Notes under the pieces: model-generated
Told to the model about the DNA's origin: nothing
Databases searched by the model: none
The model's input: the letters and a program-made list of their open reading frames with translations, nothing else
Shown: positions 30,708 to 40,293 of the stretch, one piece after another
Position numbering within the stretch: the stretch's first letter is position 1
How the letters are laid out: the number at the start of each line of letters is the position of its first letter
From: a virus
Virus record (IMG/VR): IMGVR_UViG_3300034122_002202
Coordinates: 77,810 to 141,809 of that record
Reading direction: 5' to 3' (one strand)
Length of the DNA stretch: 64,000 nucleotides
Position numbers and translations under genes: made by a program

Positions 30708-31569
30708 AATTACCTCTATATATATTAGTGCATTGTTCATATAGATAGTCATCAGACATGGGCATTGATTTTATTTTTTCTAGATTGTTATTAATTGCAT
30801 CCATCTTGCTATTATACAATTCTTCATTTAAAGTACCAACATCAAATCCCCCTTTGTATTGTATTATTCCTTTTTCATCAAAAAAGTTTCCTATTTCGGG
30901 AGTGCCTAAGTATATTGGTATTGTTCCATAGGCAAAACAATCAGTTAATAGTTCTGCAAAAAAATAAGAATTAAAATTATTTTGTATTACTATGGAAAAC
31001 ATGTAATCTTTTAATGCGTTTTCTTTTTTATAAAAATTATCGTATCTTTCTCCAGTGCGTGGAGAATCAAAAGCACCACCATAAATATCAACTTTATCTT
31101 TATATATTTGAGCAACAGAATGTCTATATAGATGTTCTTTGCATAATTTTTTATCAGAACAAATCATTGAACATTTTTTTGTTTTTGGGTAAACACCCCA
31201 AAGTTCTCTTGGTGTCCAAGGTATATTGCTGCAAGAATAGGAAAATTTAAATCTTGGATCTAATGACAATAGATATTTATCAGATGTGAAAACAAAATCT
31301 AAAGAAGAAAAGATATGCTTATAATTATATTTTATATATTCATAAAGATTACCATAAATAGTAGTGGACTCACATAACCAACCAACTCTAAGAACAGATT
31401 GTTTTTTGGGAACAGAAAATGATTCTTGAACTATAGAATAATCCATAAAGACTTCTATATCTGAATCACTTTTTGTCCAATCAAATAATGTTGGTTTGAT
31501 GTTTGAACAACTTGAATGCTCAATGTTAAATGGAGCACCAAATGCCTTAAGGGTTCCTCTTTTTGACAT
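30700..31569 (-). CDS. GT10 (fucosyltransferase-like) protein
   Basis: CSMICSDK, YMFSIVIQN, DCFAYGTIPIYLG. The usual EN/EK residues are substituted. Confidence 0.7.
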   Translation of the reverse strand: MSKRGTLKAFGAPFNIEHSSCSNIKPTLFDWTKSDSDIEVFMDYSIVQESFSVPKKQSVLRVGWLCESTTIYGNLYEYIKYNYKHIFSSLDFVFTSDKYLLSLDPRFKFSYSCSNIPWTPRELWGVYPKTKKCSMICSDKKLCKEHLYRHSVAQIYKDKVDIYGGAFDSPRTGERYDNFYKKENALKDYMFSIVIQNNFNSYFFAELLTDCFAYGTIPIYLGTPEIGNFFDEKGIIQYKGGFDVGTLNEELYNSKMDAINNNLEKIKSMPMSDDYLYEQCTNIYRGNYE

Positions 31570-31641
31570 TTTTCCTTTTTTCCTTTTTAAGCTTCTTAAT
31601 CCTACAAGAACATCTTTTTGATCTTTTCAAACTAGTTCTTA

Positions 31642-33933
31642 TCATAATAAACACGCACCGCCAGCACAAGCCAGTTCACCTTGTATATTTATTGTGGATT
31701 TTTCTTCTAATACATTTAAATAGTTTACTTCTGAATAACTATCTATCAACTTATTCCATAAGTCTAAATTGTATGCGTCTTTAAGTGCATATGTAGCATA
31801 TTTTATGTTGGAACTAAAGCATTGATCAGAATATGTTTTAATTAATTTTTTCCACTCTTCTTGTTTTTCGTCTTTTGGTTCAAAATAACCAAGAACACAA
31901 GAACACGCATCCCATAAAGATTTAAAGTTATACTCAGAAAATTTTGGATAAATTTCATAAGCACTAGATGTAGCTTCAAAACCCCAATTTTTTATTTGTT
32001 CTTCAATTGAATAAACTGCTGTGAATGGAGCTTGATTATAATCTTTATCTCCAGTAGCAGCTATAAGTGATATTCCAGCAAGATCTGCACGATGATCATA
32101 AATGTAGTCTTTTACCTTATCCCATTCATCATCTTGTACATGTATTGTATTAGATACATTATGATTTAATTCTTTTCTAACGCAAAGCTCTGGATTTTTA
32201 CCAGAAACTACCCAATTTTTATAAGTTGAAACAACATTATCTAACATAGATATAGCGTTTATTTCTTCCTTAAGTACTGTTCCATATTGGGTTTGCACAC
32301 AAAACCTTATACAATCATCTGTTTTATTAGATGACCATACAGATTCTTCACATGCTTGAGGATTAATAGTTTTAAAGTGTTGATAAGGAGATTCAAGCTG
32401 GTTAGCTTGGACAATACGGAAATACCTCCTGCTATGATCTGGATGAATGCCTGATGTTGAACCTAATAAGGCAGCAGAATTGCCTTCTGGTTTGACACAA
32501 GTCGTTCTGGCAGCAGGGTTTATGTTTAAAATAGAGGCGTACTTTTTATTTGTATTCTTTACTATCTCAGCACCTTTCTGCTGAATTTCTGGATTTAAAA
32601 GTATTTTTGGATGGTGTTGCATACCATTAATTGAAACGCCCAATAATGCCTCTTTACGAGCGATAAGTTCTGTAATGTGACCCAAGTATGGGAAATTAGT
32701 AAAAGACGCTTGTAATGTACCAATAAACGCAGCAGCAGCACATCTTTCGTAGAAGTCTTCTTCTGAAGTTATTGTTTTTCCATTAATGGTTGATAAATTG
32801 CAGAATCCCCAACCAGAAAGACCGACCTCATCTTCTGGCATGTCATCTTTGCATGACTCTTTTGTTGTTATTGGTCCTTCATATAATGACAAAGCCTCGG
32901 CTAGTTCTGGACTGTTCTTCTTATAGAAGTGCCTAGTTATCCATGATATCTCACAGCATGGATTGCATAAGACATCGTAAAAATCAGCAAAGAAAAATCC
33001 TGGCTCACCAAACTCTTTTGTTGCTTTAAAAAGATTTTCAAACACTTCTTTAGAAGTATCTTTTCTATGGAGTAATGCAGAGATGTTTGCCCTAGCTCTT
33101 TGAGGATTAGTAAAATACCAATCACCAGTTTTTGCATTAATCATCAATTCATCATCAGCAGAAAATAAAGCTATGGTTGCAGATCTACGAACACCGCCAG
33201 AGATAACAGCATCAGCAGCGTACATAACTATATCGAATGCATCTATTGTTCTTAATTCTGTTTGTTTATTAGCAAGACACCTATTAAGTAAATTCCTAGT
33301 GTTTTCTAAAGCTTTTTCTAGTGGTTCATGGCCTGGAGCATTGCCTATGCCACAACCTAAAGGAGAACCTTTTTCTCTTATATCTACATAACTAAATGCA
33401 ACTTCAATATCTTTGTATTTTTCAAACCCTTTTATTGGAGTTTCAAAATATGAGGAAAGAAGAACGCCAAGAGCATCTGCCCAACCTTCAATTGAATCTT
33501 CAACCCTGTGAACAAGATGTTGATAACAACATGTTTCTGGATCTAGTCTAGTGGATGAAAATTTTGGTAATAATTCGACATGGTGTTTTTGTACACTAAA
33601 GCCAGTTCCAGAGCCACAAAGCAGTAGGTAAAAACACTCTTGAAAAAACCTTAATCTATCGCAATAACTAGCAGAACAATTAAATATTCTTGCGTTATGC
33701 TTAAGAATTGGTTTTCCACCAAATTGTAATGCTCTTTGTGAACCCAATATTTTTTGATTTTTAATCATCCCATAATATTTTTCAATATCTTCATGCAAGG
33801 AAGGATTAACTTCAATCATCATATCTTTTATTCTATCTACGCTTTCTTCCCAAGTTTCTCTTCTTTTTTCAGACTCTATCCATCTAGCGTACTTAGAAAC
33901 AGCAGTATATTTTTGCAATTCTTTAATAGACAT
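31642..33933 (-). CDS. nrdJ: Class II (AdoCbl-dependent) ribonucleotide reductase, monomeric RTPR-like
   Basis: RRETWEE, FNC, GTGFSV, GGVRRSA, NPCCE, FCNL, TTCVKPEG, C-terminal CAGGAC; no nrdB in the window. Confidence 0.88.
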   Translation of the reverse strand: MSIKELQKYTAVSKYARWIESEKRRETWEESVDRIKDMMIEVNPSLHEDIEKYYGMIKNQKILGSQRALQFGGKPILKHNARIFNCSASYCDRLRFFQECFYLLLCGSGTGFSVQKHHVELLPKFSSTRLDPETCCYQHLVHRVEDSIEGWADALGVLLSSYFETPIKGFEKYKDIEVAFSYVDIREKGSPLGCGIGNAPGHEPLEKALENTRNLLNRCLANKQTELRTIDAFDIVMYAADAVISGGVRRSATIALFSADDELMINAKTGDWYFTNPQRARANISALLHRKDTSKEVFENLFKATKEFGEPGFFFADFYDVLCNPCCEISWITRHFYKKNSPELAEALSLYEGPITTKESCKDDMPEDEVGLSGWGFCNLSTINGKTITSEEDFYERCAAAAFIGTLQASFTNFPYLGHITELIARKEALLGVSINGMQHHPKILLNPEIQQKGAEIVKNTNKKYASILNINPAARTTCVKPEGNSAALLGSTSGIHPDHSRRYFRIVQANQLESPYQHFKTINPQACEESVWSSNKTDDCIRFCVQTQYGTVLKEEINAISMLDNVVSTYKNWVVSGKNPELCVRKELNHNVSNTIHVQDDEWDKVKDYIYDHRADLAGISLIAATGDKDYNQAPFTAVYSIEEQIKNWGFEATSSAYEIYPKFSEYNFKSLWDACSCVLGYFEPKDEKQEEWKKLIKTYSDQCFSSNIKYATYALKDAYNLDLWNKLIDSYSEVNYLNVLEEKSTINIQGELACAGGACLL

Positions 33934-34079
33934 AAAAACTCCATCTTCCATGCTGACCGCAAGGATAAGCAGAACTCTAAAGGTATGTAATACTGGCGAT
34001 TACCAGCGGATATAAATACACCCACAACAATGATAAGACAGAAGAGATTCTTACTTATTTTTTTTGATATGACAATAGT

Positions 34080-34817
34080 CTATTTTTTATTTTTCAAACA
34101 AATGTTTCTTGCTTCTAAATAATCATATTTCCAATGAGGTTTAAGTATAATATCACCAATTGGTTCTAGCTTATTTAATATTTTTTGTTTTATTGTTTTT
34201 TCTGTGTTTGAACTTACATTTTCTTGATAAAATGACATGTGATAGGTTTTTAGTGTTGACCATCTGTATATGTAAAATATTTCTTCTTCAGTTATTTTCT
34301 TAGAAGTTCTACCGTATATTTTATTTATTTTTTCAAAAAGATAGGAATCTAATGATGTAGTATCTAGTTCAATATAATTACCAACTTTTTCCCAACACTT
34401 TTTATGCATACATAAATTTGAATGAAATAAATTTGTAGACAAAGACAATTTTTTTGTTTCTTCTTCAAAAAAACCATTGTTTGTATGAAATATTCCGTTT
34501 GAATCTATGTTTTTAATTGAAAAAGATATTTTCCAAGGCAGAAAAATATCGTCATCATCCCAAACAAAAATGTATTCTCCAGAGCAGTGCGAAATGCATT
34601 CGTTAAATTTTTTGCCAATAGGGATTATTCTTTCTTTAGAGTTTATTATTTTTACTTCTGGATGATCAAAAAAAAGTGTTTGGTCTTGAAGATCATTTAA
34701 TATTATTAATTCTTTTTCACCATCATAATCTTGATTTAAAAAACTATAAATAGCTTCTTCTAAAAAACTTGTTCTTCCATAAGTTGGGCAATAACAACTA
34801 ACTTTTGGGTTCGGCAT
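34080..34817 (-). CDS. Glycosyltransferase family 2
   Basis: CPTYGR, LIILND, WDDDD. Confidence 0.85.
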   Translation of the reverse strand: MPNPKVSCYCPTYGRTSFLEEAIYSFLNQDYDGEKELIILNDLQDQTLFFDHPEVKIINSKERIIPIGKKFNECISHCSGEYIFVWDDDDIFLPWKISFSIKNIDSNGIFHTNNGFFEEETKKLSLSTNLFHSNLCMHKKCWEKVGNYIELDTTSLDSYLFEKINKIYGRTSKKITEEEIFYIYRWSTLKTYHMSFYQENVSSNTEKTIKQKILNKLEPIGDIILKPHWKYDYLEARNICLKNKK

Positions 34818-35148
34818 AAACTAACTCTAAAAGATTTACTATTTCGCTTACAGATAAAGACTGTATAAGCTGAACTATTGTATCAGAAATTATTTTAGCA
34901 TCATTCTCTGGAACATTTGCTTTGATTATTTTATTGTATAGATTTTTTCTAATAAACATTCTTACAATTGGACCGCCTTTTTTTATTATTAATGCTGTTA
35001 CTTTAGATGATTTACAGTACTGTATTATTTTTATTCCTTCAAATATAAGACTAACAATCATAATTATTGTTAAGATACCAACAGCATCATACTTTTTAAG
35101 TGTTTCTGATTTTTCTAATATTTCTTGTATTTTTTTATGCGACCGCAT
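34798..35148 (-). CDS. Hypothetical membrane protein
   Basis: TM segment GILTIIMIVSLIF; start MRSHKK after GGAG. Confidence 0.6.
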   Translation of the reverse strand: MRSHKKIQEILEKSETLKKYDAVGILTIIMIVSLIFEGIKIIQYCKSSKVTALIIKKGGPIVRMFIRKNLYNKIIKANVPENDAKIISDTIVQLIQSLSVSEIVNLLELVYAEPKS

Positions 35149-35162
35149 TATTTTTTTCTCCG

Positions 35163-35306
35163 TCAGGTAAAACATTCTTCTTGTTTTGTGTTTTTTTTAA
35201 CTTCATTTATTAGTTTGGAAAATGAAATCGAATCTTTTTCTATTAATGCAAATTGATCTTTAGATATATTTTGATTAAATAACAAAAAAAGAATTAAATT
35301 TAACAT
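35163..35306 (-). CDS. Small protein with hydrophobic N-terminus (47 aa, not in the ORF track)
   Basis: Manual translation MLNLILFLLFNQ...EECFT*; fills the intergenic gap. Confidence 0.5.
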   Translation of the reverse strand: MLNLILFLLFNQNISKDQFALIEKDSISFSKLINEVKKNTKQEECFT

Positions 35307-35309
35307 GAT

Positions 35310-36188
35310 TTACTTTTTGTTTTTTATAATAGATTGGCTTGTTCTTATTGCCCATTCAATACCAGATGTTCCACCCCATCCTAACCATGCAACTACTGCT
35401 GGAATAGTCCAAGGTTTAGTTTTATACTCTGGTTTAGATTTTGCTTTTTCGTAATTAGATCCATGTCTATTGAATTGAGCCATTCTTTTTACTGTATCGG
35501 CAGACAACATGGCGTTTCCAGCCAAGTCTCTTGCTCTTGCCCAGCCAACAGCAGTCATGCCTTTACATTCTTTGCCGTATTTTTCTTTCCAATCCAATAC
35601 TTTTTTTGCATTATTTCTAGCTGATTGTGGAGCATCATAAGTTTCAGCAGATTTACTAAAATAATTTTCAATGTCTGAAGAAGCTTTACTTTTAATTATT
35701 ATATCTTTAATAGAATCTAAAAATTCTGAATAATCAATTTTTTCGTACAGATAAGAAGATGAAGTTTTTTTTGAACTTTTTGGATGACCGCTTGGCAACA
35801 AGTCATTGTCTTGCTTGTAATTAGGATTAGATGGTCTTTTATTGCGAAGCAAATATAAAAAAGCTCTAACTCTAGCCAATCCCCATCCTGTTCTATTCAT
35901 GTTTGGTGCATGACTAGTAGAAAATGCTCCAGCACCTCTTCTAAAAACAGATTTTAATTGACCCATATTGGCTTTAAATTCTGGATCTTTTTCATTGTGT
36001 TTCTGCATTAAAGCTTTAATTTTATCTTCTGTTTCTGAAGATAGCTCTATGCTTTTATTTGGTTTATTTGCAGAGTCTTTTGGGTTTTTTTTAGAACCCC
36101 CTTTTTTTTCTTCTGGTTTTGCTGGAGTTTTCCTTGGATCATCCTTGTCTGGTTTTCCATATTGTAAACCTTCAGCTTTATCTGTCAT
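35310..36188 (-). CDS. Two-domain phage protein (possibly head-associated)
   Basis: VFRRGAGAF...WGLARV...DNDLLP and GWARARDLA...VKRM...AWLGWGG modules, recalled from phage proteins. Confidence 0.55.
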   Translation of the reverse strand: MTDKAEGLQYGKPDKDDPRKTPAKPEEKKGGSKKNPKDSANKPNKSIELSSETEDKIKALMQKHNEKDPEFKANMGQLKSVFRRGAGAFSTSHAPNMNRTGWGLARVRAFLYLLRNKRPSNPNYKQDNDLLPSGHPKSSKKTSSSYLYEKIDYSEFLDSIKDIIIKSKASSDIENYFSKSAETYDAPQSARNNAKKVLDWKEKYGKECKGMTAVGWARARDLAGNAMLSADTVKRMAQFNRHGSNYEKAKSKPEYKTKPWTIPAVVAWLGWGGTSGIEWAIRTSQSIIKNKK

Positions 36189-36199
36189 ATTAAATCCTT

Positions 36200-37123
36200 C
36201 TAAATAAGCATAAATAGTTTTTTGTCTATCAACTGTTCTGGAAAACCTTCAAAATTACTATAGGCAAATGTTTCACCTTGCCTAATATGTTTTTCAGCAT
36301 CTTTCTTTCTAACTCTAAGAGTACCAATAGGAAGGGCTTCGCCAGTATTAAAGTCTTTAAGCTCTCCATGAGCATCGCCCCAACTGTTAACAATAATAGC
36401 ATATGGATCATCAGCCCTATCATCAACACCTATAAAGCACATCTGATGACCCCAATTATCTGTTTGACGATGAAAACCATCGTTTGCTGGTGTCATCGTA
36501 TAACCAATATCGCTAGCAGTTGTGCAAGGATAGCCATTAACGATAGCCTCTACTAATTGATCCCAACTTTTAATTTGGGCAGCAGATTTTACTGGGTGCT
36601 TAGTTCCTTCTTCAATAAACTTTTTATCTGGACCAGGAGTGTCACCCCATTTTTTAGCTACGCTTCCTGCATACTTAGGAACACCATCAAAATTACTACG
36701 CAAAACACCATACTTAATAACTGCATCTGCCATCCAACTACCAAGAGATCCATCATCGCCATTAAGTTGTCCACGACCAATAAGAACTCTTCCTGTTCCA
36801 TAAAGATATGGTGGAAATACAAATTCAAATTTTTCGTGATCACCCTTCATAAGTTTTTCAGTAGCCATTAAATACTCAACTGCATTTTTAGCACCAAAAC
36901 TTACGCAGTCACCAATTTCTTGAGCATAATTGGGAGTATCTTTACCAAGAACTTTACGAACAACATCATAAAGCATCATTTTTTTACCTTTAGTGTCTTG
37001 GCTTTTGCCATAAACATTAAAGTCTCTAAATGATCCACCATCTTTAATTAAATTAAATTCACTTTCAACAAGCGAAGGATTGTCTTTTCCTGCCCAACCA
37101 TTAAGCTTTGATAATTCAGACAT
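36200..37123 (-). CDS. Papain-like (C1) cysteine peptidase
   Basis: QEIGDCVSF (Gln/Cys), WGHQM (His), NSWG (Asn). Confidence 0.8.
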   Translation of the reverse strand: MSELSKLNGWAGKDNPSLVESEFNLIKDGGSFRDFNVYGKSQDTKGKKMMLYDVVRKVLGKDTPNYAQEIGDCVSFGAKNAVEYLMATEKLMKGDHEKFEFVFPPYLYGTGRVLIGRGQLNGDDGSLGSWMADAVIKYGVLRSNFDGVPKYAGSVAKKWGDTPGPDKKFIEEGTKHPVKSAAQIKSWDQLVEAIVNGYPCTTASDIGYTMTPANDGFHRQTDNWGHQMCFIGVDDRADDPYAIIVNSWGDAHGELKDFNTGEALPIGTLRVRKKDAEKHIRQGETFAYSNFEGFPEQLIDKKLFMLI

Positions 37124-37130
37124 GTTTCAC

Positions 37131-37910
37131 CTATTTTACTAGTTTAAGTCCAGAAGATATTTCTCTCCACGCAATAGCAAAATCTTCTTTGGTTTGCATT
37201 TTGCTAGTTTTATATAGATCAAAAAGTTTTTCTTGTATTTCTGTAAATAAAGGTTCCCATTTTGTTCTATCTCCACCAGATTTAGTTAATGCAAATTTAT
37301 TTGATTCTGCGGTTTTTTTCAATATGTCTTCAAGTGTTGCAATTGTTCCAGCAGCAATAGCAGCAGCCATGCTATCAAAAGATGTTGCAATAGCAGTAGA
37401 CTGTTTTACCTTATCTGACTTTGATATTTTTAAAACTTTAACATTGTCATAAATAAATTTGGAAAGTCCATACTTTGATTCCCCAAACTCTGGTTCAACC
37501 TCTGGCTCTACTGGAGTACTAGGTTCTTCTTCACCAATAAAAACATCTGTTGAAATAAAATTCGTTCTAGTAGCAGCCTCTAAAAGTTTTTCGTTTTCTT
37601 TAACTATGTATAAATGAGTTATTGAAACAATAACCTTAAGTTTTTTTGCTTGTATTCCAGAACCAAAGAAAACGCCATTTTCGTAATTGCGAATTCTTTT
37701 TTCTGTGTACCCGTCAAAAACTTTCCATGCATATGTAGTTGAAACCAAAAACTTTGGCGTAGATTGAATTGGGCTTATAGATAAATCTACAAGCTCACCT
37801 AAAGGAATTGGTACTTCTGCACCAACAATTTTTTGTTCTGGAATAATAAAATTTTCTGCAAAGGCAAAATTGCAAAATACTAAAAAAAAGAACATAGTTT
37901 TTTTAAACAT
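37131..37910 (-). CDS. Secreted hypothetical protein
   Basis: Sec signal MFKKTMFFFLVFCNFAFA; PVEPEVEP linker. Confidence 0.7.
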   Translation of the reverse strand: MFKKTMFFFLVFCNFAFAENFIIPEQKIVGAEVPIPLGELVDLSISPIQSTPKFLVSTTYAWKVFDGYTEKRIRNYENGVFFGSGIQAKKLKVIVSITHLYIVKENEKLLEAATRTNFISTDVFIGEEEPSTPVEPEVEPEFGESKYGLSKFIYDNVKVLKISKSDKVKQSTAIATSFDSMAAAIAAGTIATLEDILKKTAESNKFALTKSGGDRTKWEPLFTEIQEKLFDLYKTSKMQTKEDFAIAWREISSGLKLVK

Positions 37911-37912
37911 GA

Positions 37913-38170
37913 TTAAGCCTCATTTTTCGCTACTTTTATAGCAAGTAAGAAATCTTCAGAAGTAATTGGTTTTGTGTTATCAAACTTATTAATTAGAAAT
38001 GTAATAGCCGGAATAACCCAAGGCTCTTGTGCTAGTGAAGAAACAACATCGACAATTTTATCATCTGCTTCGCCTGGAATAATCGTTGAAACAAACTTTA
38101 AAGTTGAAATAACAATAGACATTGTTTTTTGAACTTGTTCTGGACTAACTGCGGTTCTAACATCGCTCAT
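37913..38170 (-). CDS. Hypothetical protein (amphipathic, possibly membrane-associated)
   Basis: Start MSDVRT after an AGGAG RBS. Confidence 0.6.
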   Translation of the reverse strand: MSDVRTAVSPEQVQKTMSIVISTLKFVSTIIPGEADDKIVDVVSSLAQEPWVIPAITFLINKFDNTKPITSEDFLLAIKVAKNEA

Positions 38171-38210
38171 AATAATCTCCTGTTTAAAAAAGTAAAAAGG
38201 GTCCGATTGT

Positions 38211-38801
38211 TCAATTGTAGTCACTGCTCCAACTAGAAGCAAGTATTATAGAGTCTTTATTTTGAATTTCAATATTTAAAACATCGTCAAGTTGTTCGCT
38301 TCCAAATGTTTTTATTTCTCCGTTTTTTAAAGAGTATATAATCCAATTTTTATATTTTTTATTTAAAACTTTAGAAAGTGCATTGATAGAGACATTTTTA
38401 GGTTTTTTCTTGGTTGGAATTATTGCTTCTTCTATATTTTTTTGAATTTCAATATCATCAAAAAGATTACCAAAACCTATCCAGAATCTATATCTTGTCC
38501 ATACTCTAAGTATTTCTACCCCTTCAACTTCCTCGATTGTTTTCATGATGTTTCTAGTTATGTCAAAATTGCAATGACCAACCCACATTTTATAAAGCTT
38601 GCTAGTTATTGCGTTTTCGTTTATTGGTATTGTGCCATAAGGCCCAAGAATAACTCTCATATGCCTGTCTGGTTCTTCATCTTTGTCTTTATCGAAGAAA
38701 CTATCTTTCTGCGATTGTATTTCGTTATCATCAGCAGAATATGGGTCTTCCTTGGGAAAAAAAGGGTCTTCCCATTTAAGCCAAGATATTTTTTTGTTCA
38801 T
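38211..38801 (-). CDS. Hypothetical protein
   Basis: WVGHCNFDIT...EGVEILRVWTRYRF. Confidence 0.7.
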   Translation of the reverse strand: MNKKISWLKWEDPFFPKEDPYSADDNEIQSQKDSFFDKDKDEEPDRHMRVILGPYGTIPINENAITSKLYKMWVGHCNFDITRNIMKTIEEVEGVEILRVWTRYRFWIGFGNLFDDIEIQKNIEEAIIPTKKKPKNVSINALSKVLNKKYKNWIIYSLKNGEIKTFGSEQLDDVLNIEIQNKDSIILASSWSSDYN

Positions 38802-39591
38802 TTTCAAATGACTTCCTATACTGATGCCAACCCATAAAGTTTCCAGAGTATTCCCAAGGATTTACAGATGGAGAAGCACAATGCTCAAATGGACTCCAAT
38901 GACCTTCTTTTGCAAGAACATCATGAAGATCGTAATCTTTTTGGTGATCTATTACTCCATCAAAATTTAAATAGCTAACCCTAGCACATCTTGCCACACA
39001 AATTTTAAGTTTTTGTTCAATAGAAAGTTTTTCGTCAATAAATCTATCGCCAAATGGTATATGCCAATCACCAAAGTTTATAGCCTTTGGAATTGATTCT
39101 TTTAAACAATCTTTCATTTTTAATGCAAGGTCTTGTATTTCTGGTTGTGCATCTTTATGACTTCTTAATTTGAAAAAATTATCAAATTCTGTAGCCGTAA
39201 GAATTACAGTAACATTAAACCAAGGCTCAAGAAGCCTATTTACTATTTGCTTATGAACACCTATAGACATCATTTCTTTAGCACAATGTATCATTTTATC
39301 TCTAGCTTGAAGCCAAATTTCTTGAGCAACAGGAATGTCTGAAGGTGAAAGTTCAGATCTAGCTTGCATTCCAGATTGCTCTTTACCCCAATGAATTGGC
39401 ATTGCTGGATGATTGTTTATTTGATCAATAAACTTTTTAGAAGGTATGGCCCTAGAACTAGCAGCATTTCTAGAAAAAACCCTATGAGTATTAAACTCTG
39501 CAAGTATGAATCTTGGAAAAGTACAAACAAAAGTAGTTATTCTTTTTTTAGATTCACTTATAGAATCAGCAATTATTCTGCACTCAATCAT
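38776..39591 (-). CDS. thyX: Flavin-dependent thymidylate synthase
   Basis: EFNTHRVFSRNAASSRAIP, NRLLEP, LR...AQPEI, ARCARVSY, HWSPFEH. Confidence 0.92.
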   Translation of the reverse strand: MIECRIIADSISESKKRITTFVCTFPRFILAEFNTHRVFSRNAASSRAIPSKKFIDQINNHPAMPIHWGKEQSGMQARSELSPSDIPVAQEIWLQARDKMIHCAKEMMSIGVHKQIVNRLLEPWFNVTVILTATEFDNFFKLRSHKDAQPEIQDLALKMKDCLKESIPKAINFGDWHIPFGDRFIDEKLSIEQKLKICVARCARVSYLNFDGVIDHQKDYDLHDVLAKEGHWSPFEHCASPSVNPWEYSGNFMGWHQYRKSFENEQKNILA

Positions 39592-39899
39592 TTTGTCTCT
39601 CTAAATAGAAAAGCCTCACTAGGCGAAACAAGGGGTATTTTTTCAGAATCAACAGAAAAACTTTCAAGTACTTTTTTTATTATTAATTCAGATAATGCTT
39701 TTTGTTCTGTTAATATGCCAGCTTCTACAACTGACTGAAATATAGATGGGAATAAACTTCCACTTTGTATCATACCAATTAAAACTGAAAATCTTTCTGC
39801 AAATATCATTTGTTCTTCAGAAGTAAGATCTTCTGGAATTTGAACTATTGAATTTATTTCATTGTCAATTAATTCAAAATATATTTTTGCGTTTATCAT
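39588..39899 (-). CDS. Hypothetical protein
   Basis: Coupled ORF starting MINAK. Confidence 0.6.
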   Translation of the reverse strand: MINAKIYFELIDNEINSIVQIPEDLTSEEQMIFAERFSVLIGMIQSGSLFPSIFQSVVEAGILTEQKALSELIIKKVLESFSVDSEKIPLVSPSEAFLFRETK

Positions 39900-39900
39900 G

Positions 39901-40293
39901 TTATCTCGAAAAATAGTTAAAGCAAGATATAACTTCTTGAGTGTATTTACTTTCAAATATTTTGTTTTCTAAAACAGAAGAAATAGTTTTCCACTCAATG
40001 TTTTCTTTTTCAAATGCATCTTGTAAGTAACAGGCATAAACTATAGATGAAGAATTTAAGTCAATCATTGTTCCACAAATAAATAAATTTACCCATCCTT
40101 CAATATCTTTAAATTTTGCATCAAAAGAAGTTAATTCTTTAAATTTATCCACAACAAATAAATCTATATTTGAATCATCTCTATCAAAATTAAATGTTGG
40201 CAATTCATTATTATCTTTGTTTTTTTGTATTGCAATAACTGGTTCTTTATTTATTTCTCTTGCACATACAAGAAATGATACTTTTATTTTCAT
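39901..40293 (-). CDS. Hypothetical protein (possibly degenerate NUDIX fold)
   Basis: ELP...KFKELT pattern; catalytic box not intact. Confidence 0.5.
   Translation of the reverse strand: MKIKVSFLVCAREINKEPVIAIQKNKDNNELPTFNFDRDDSNIDLFVVDKFKELTSFDAKFKDIEGWVNLFICGTMIDLNSSSIVYACYLQDAFEKENIEWKTISSVLENKIFESKYTQEVISCFNYFSR

Noticed and set aside
33935-34075. Cobalamin riboswitch upstream of nrdJ
   Set aside because: The region is too short and no B12 box is recognisable. Kept only as a generic structured leader.
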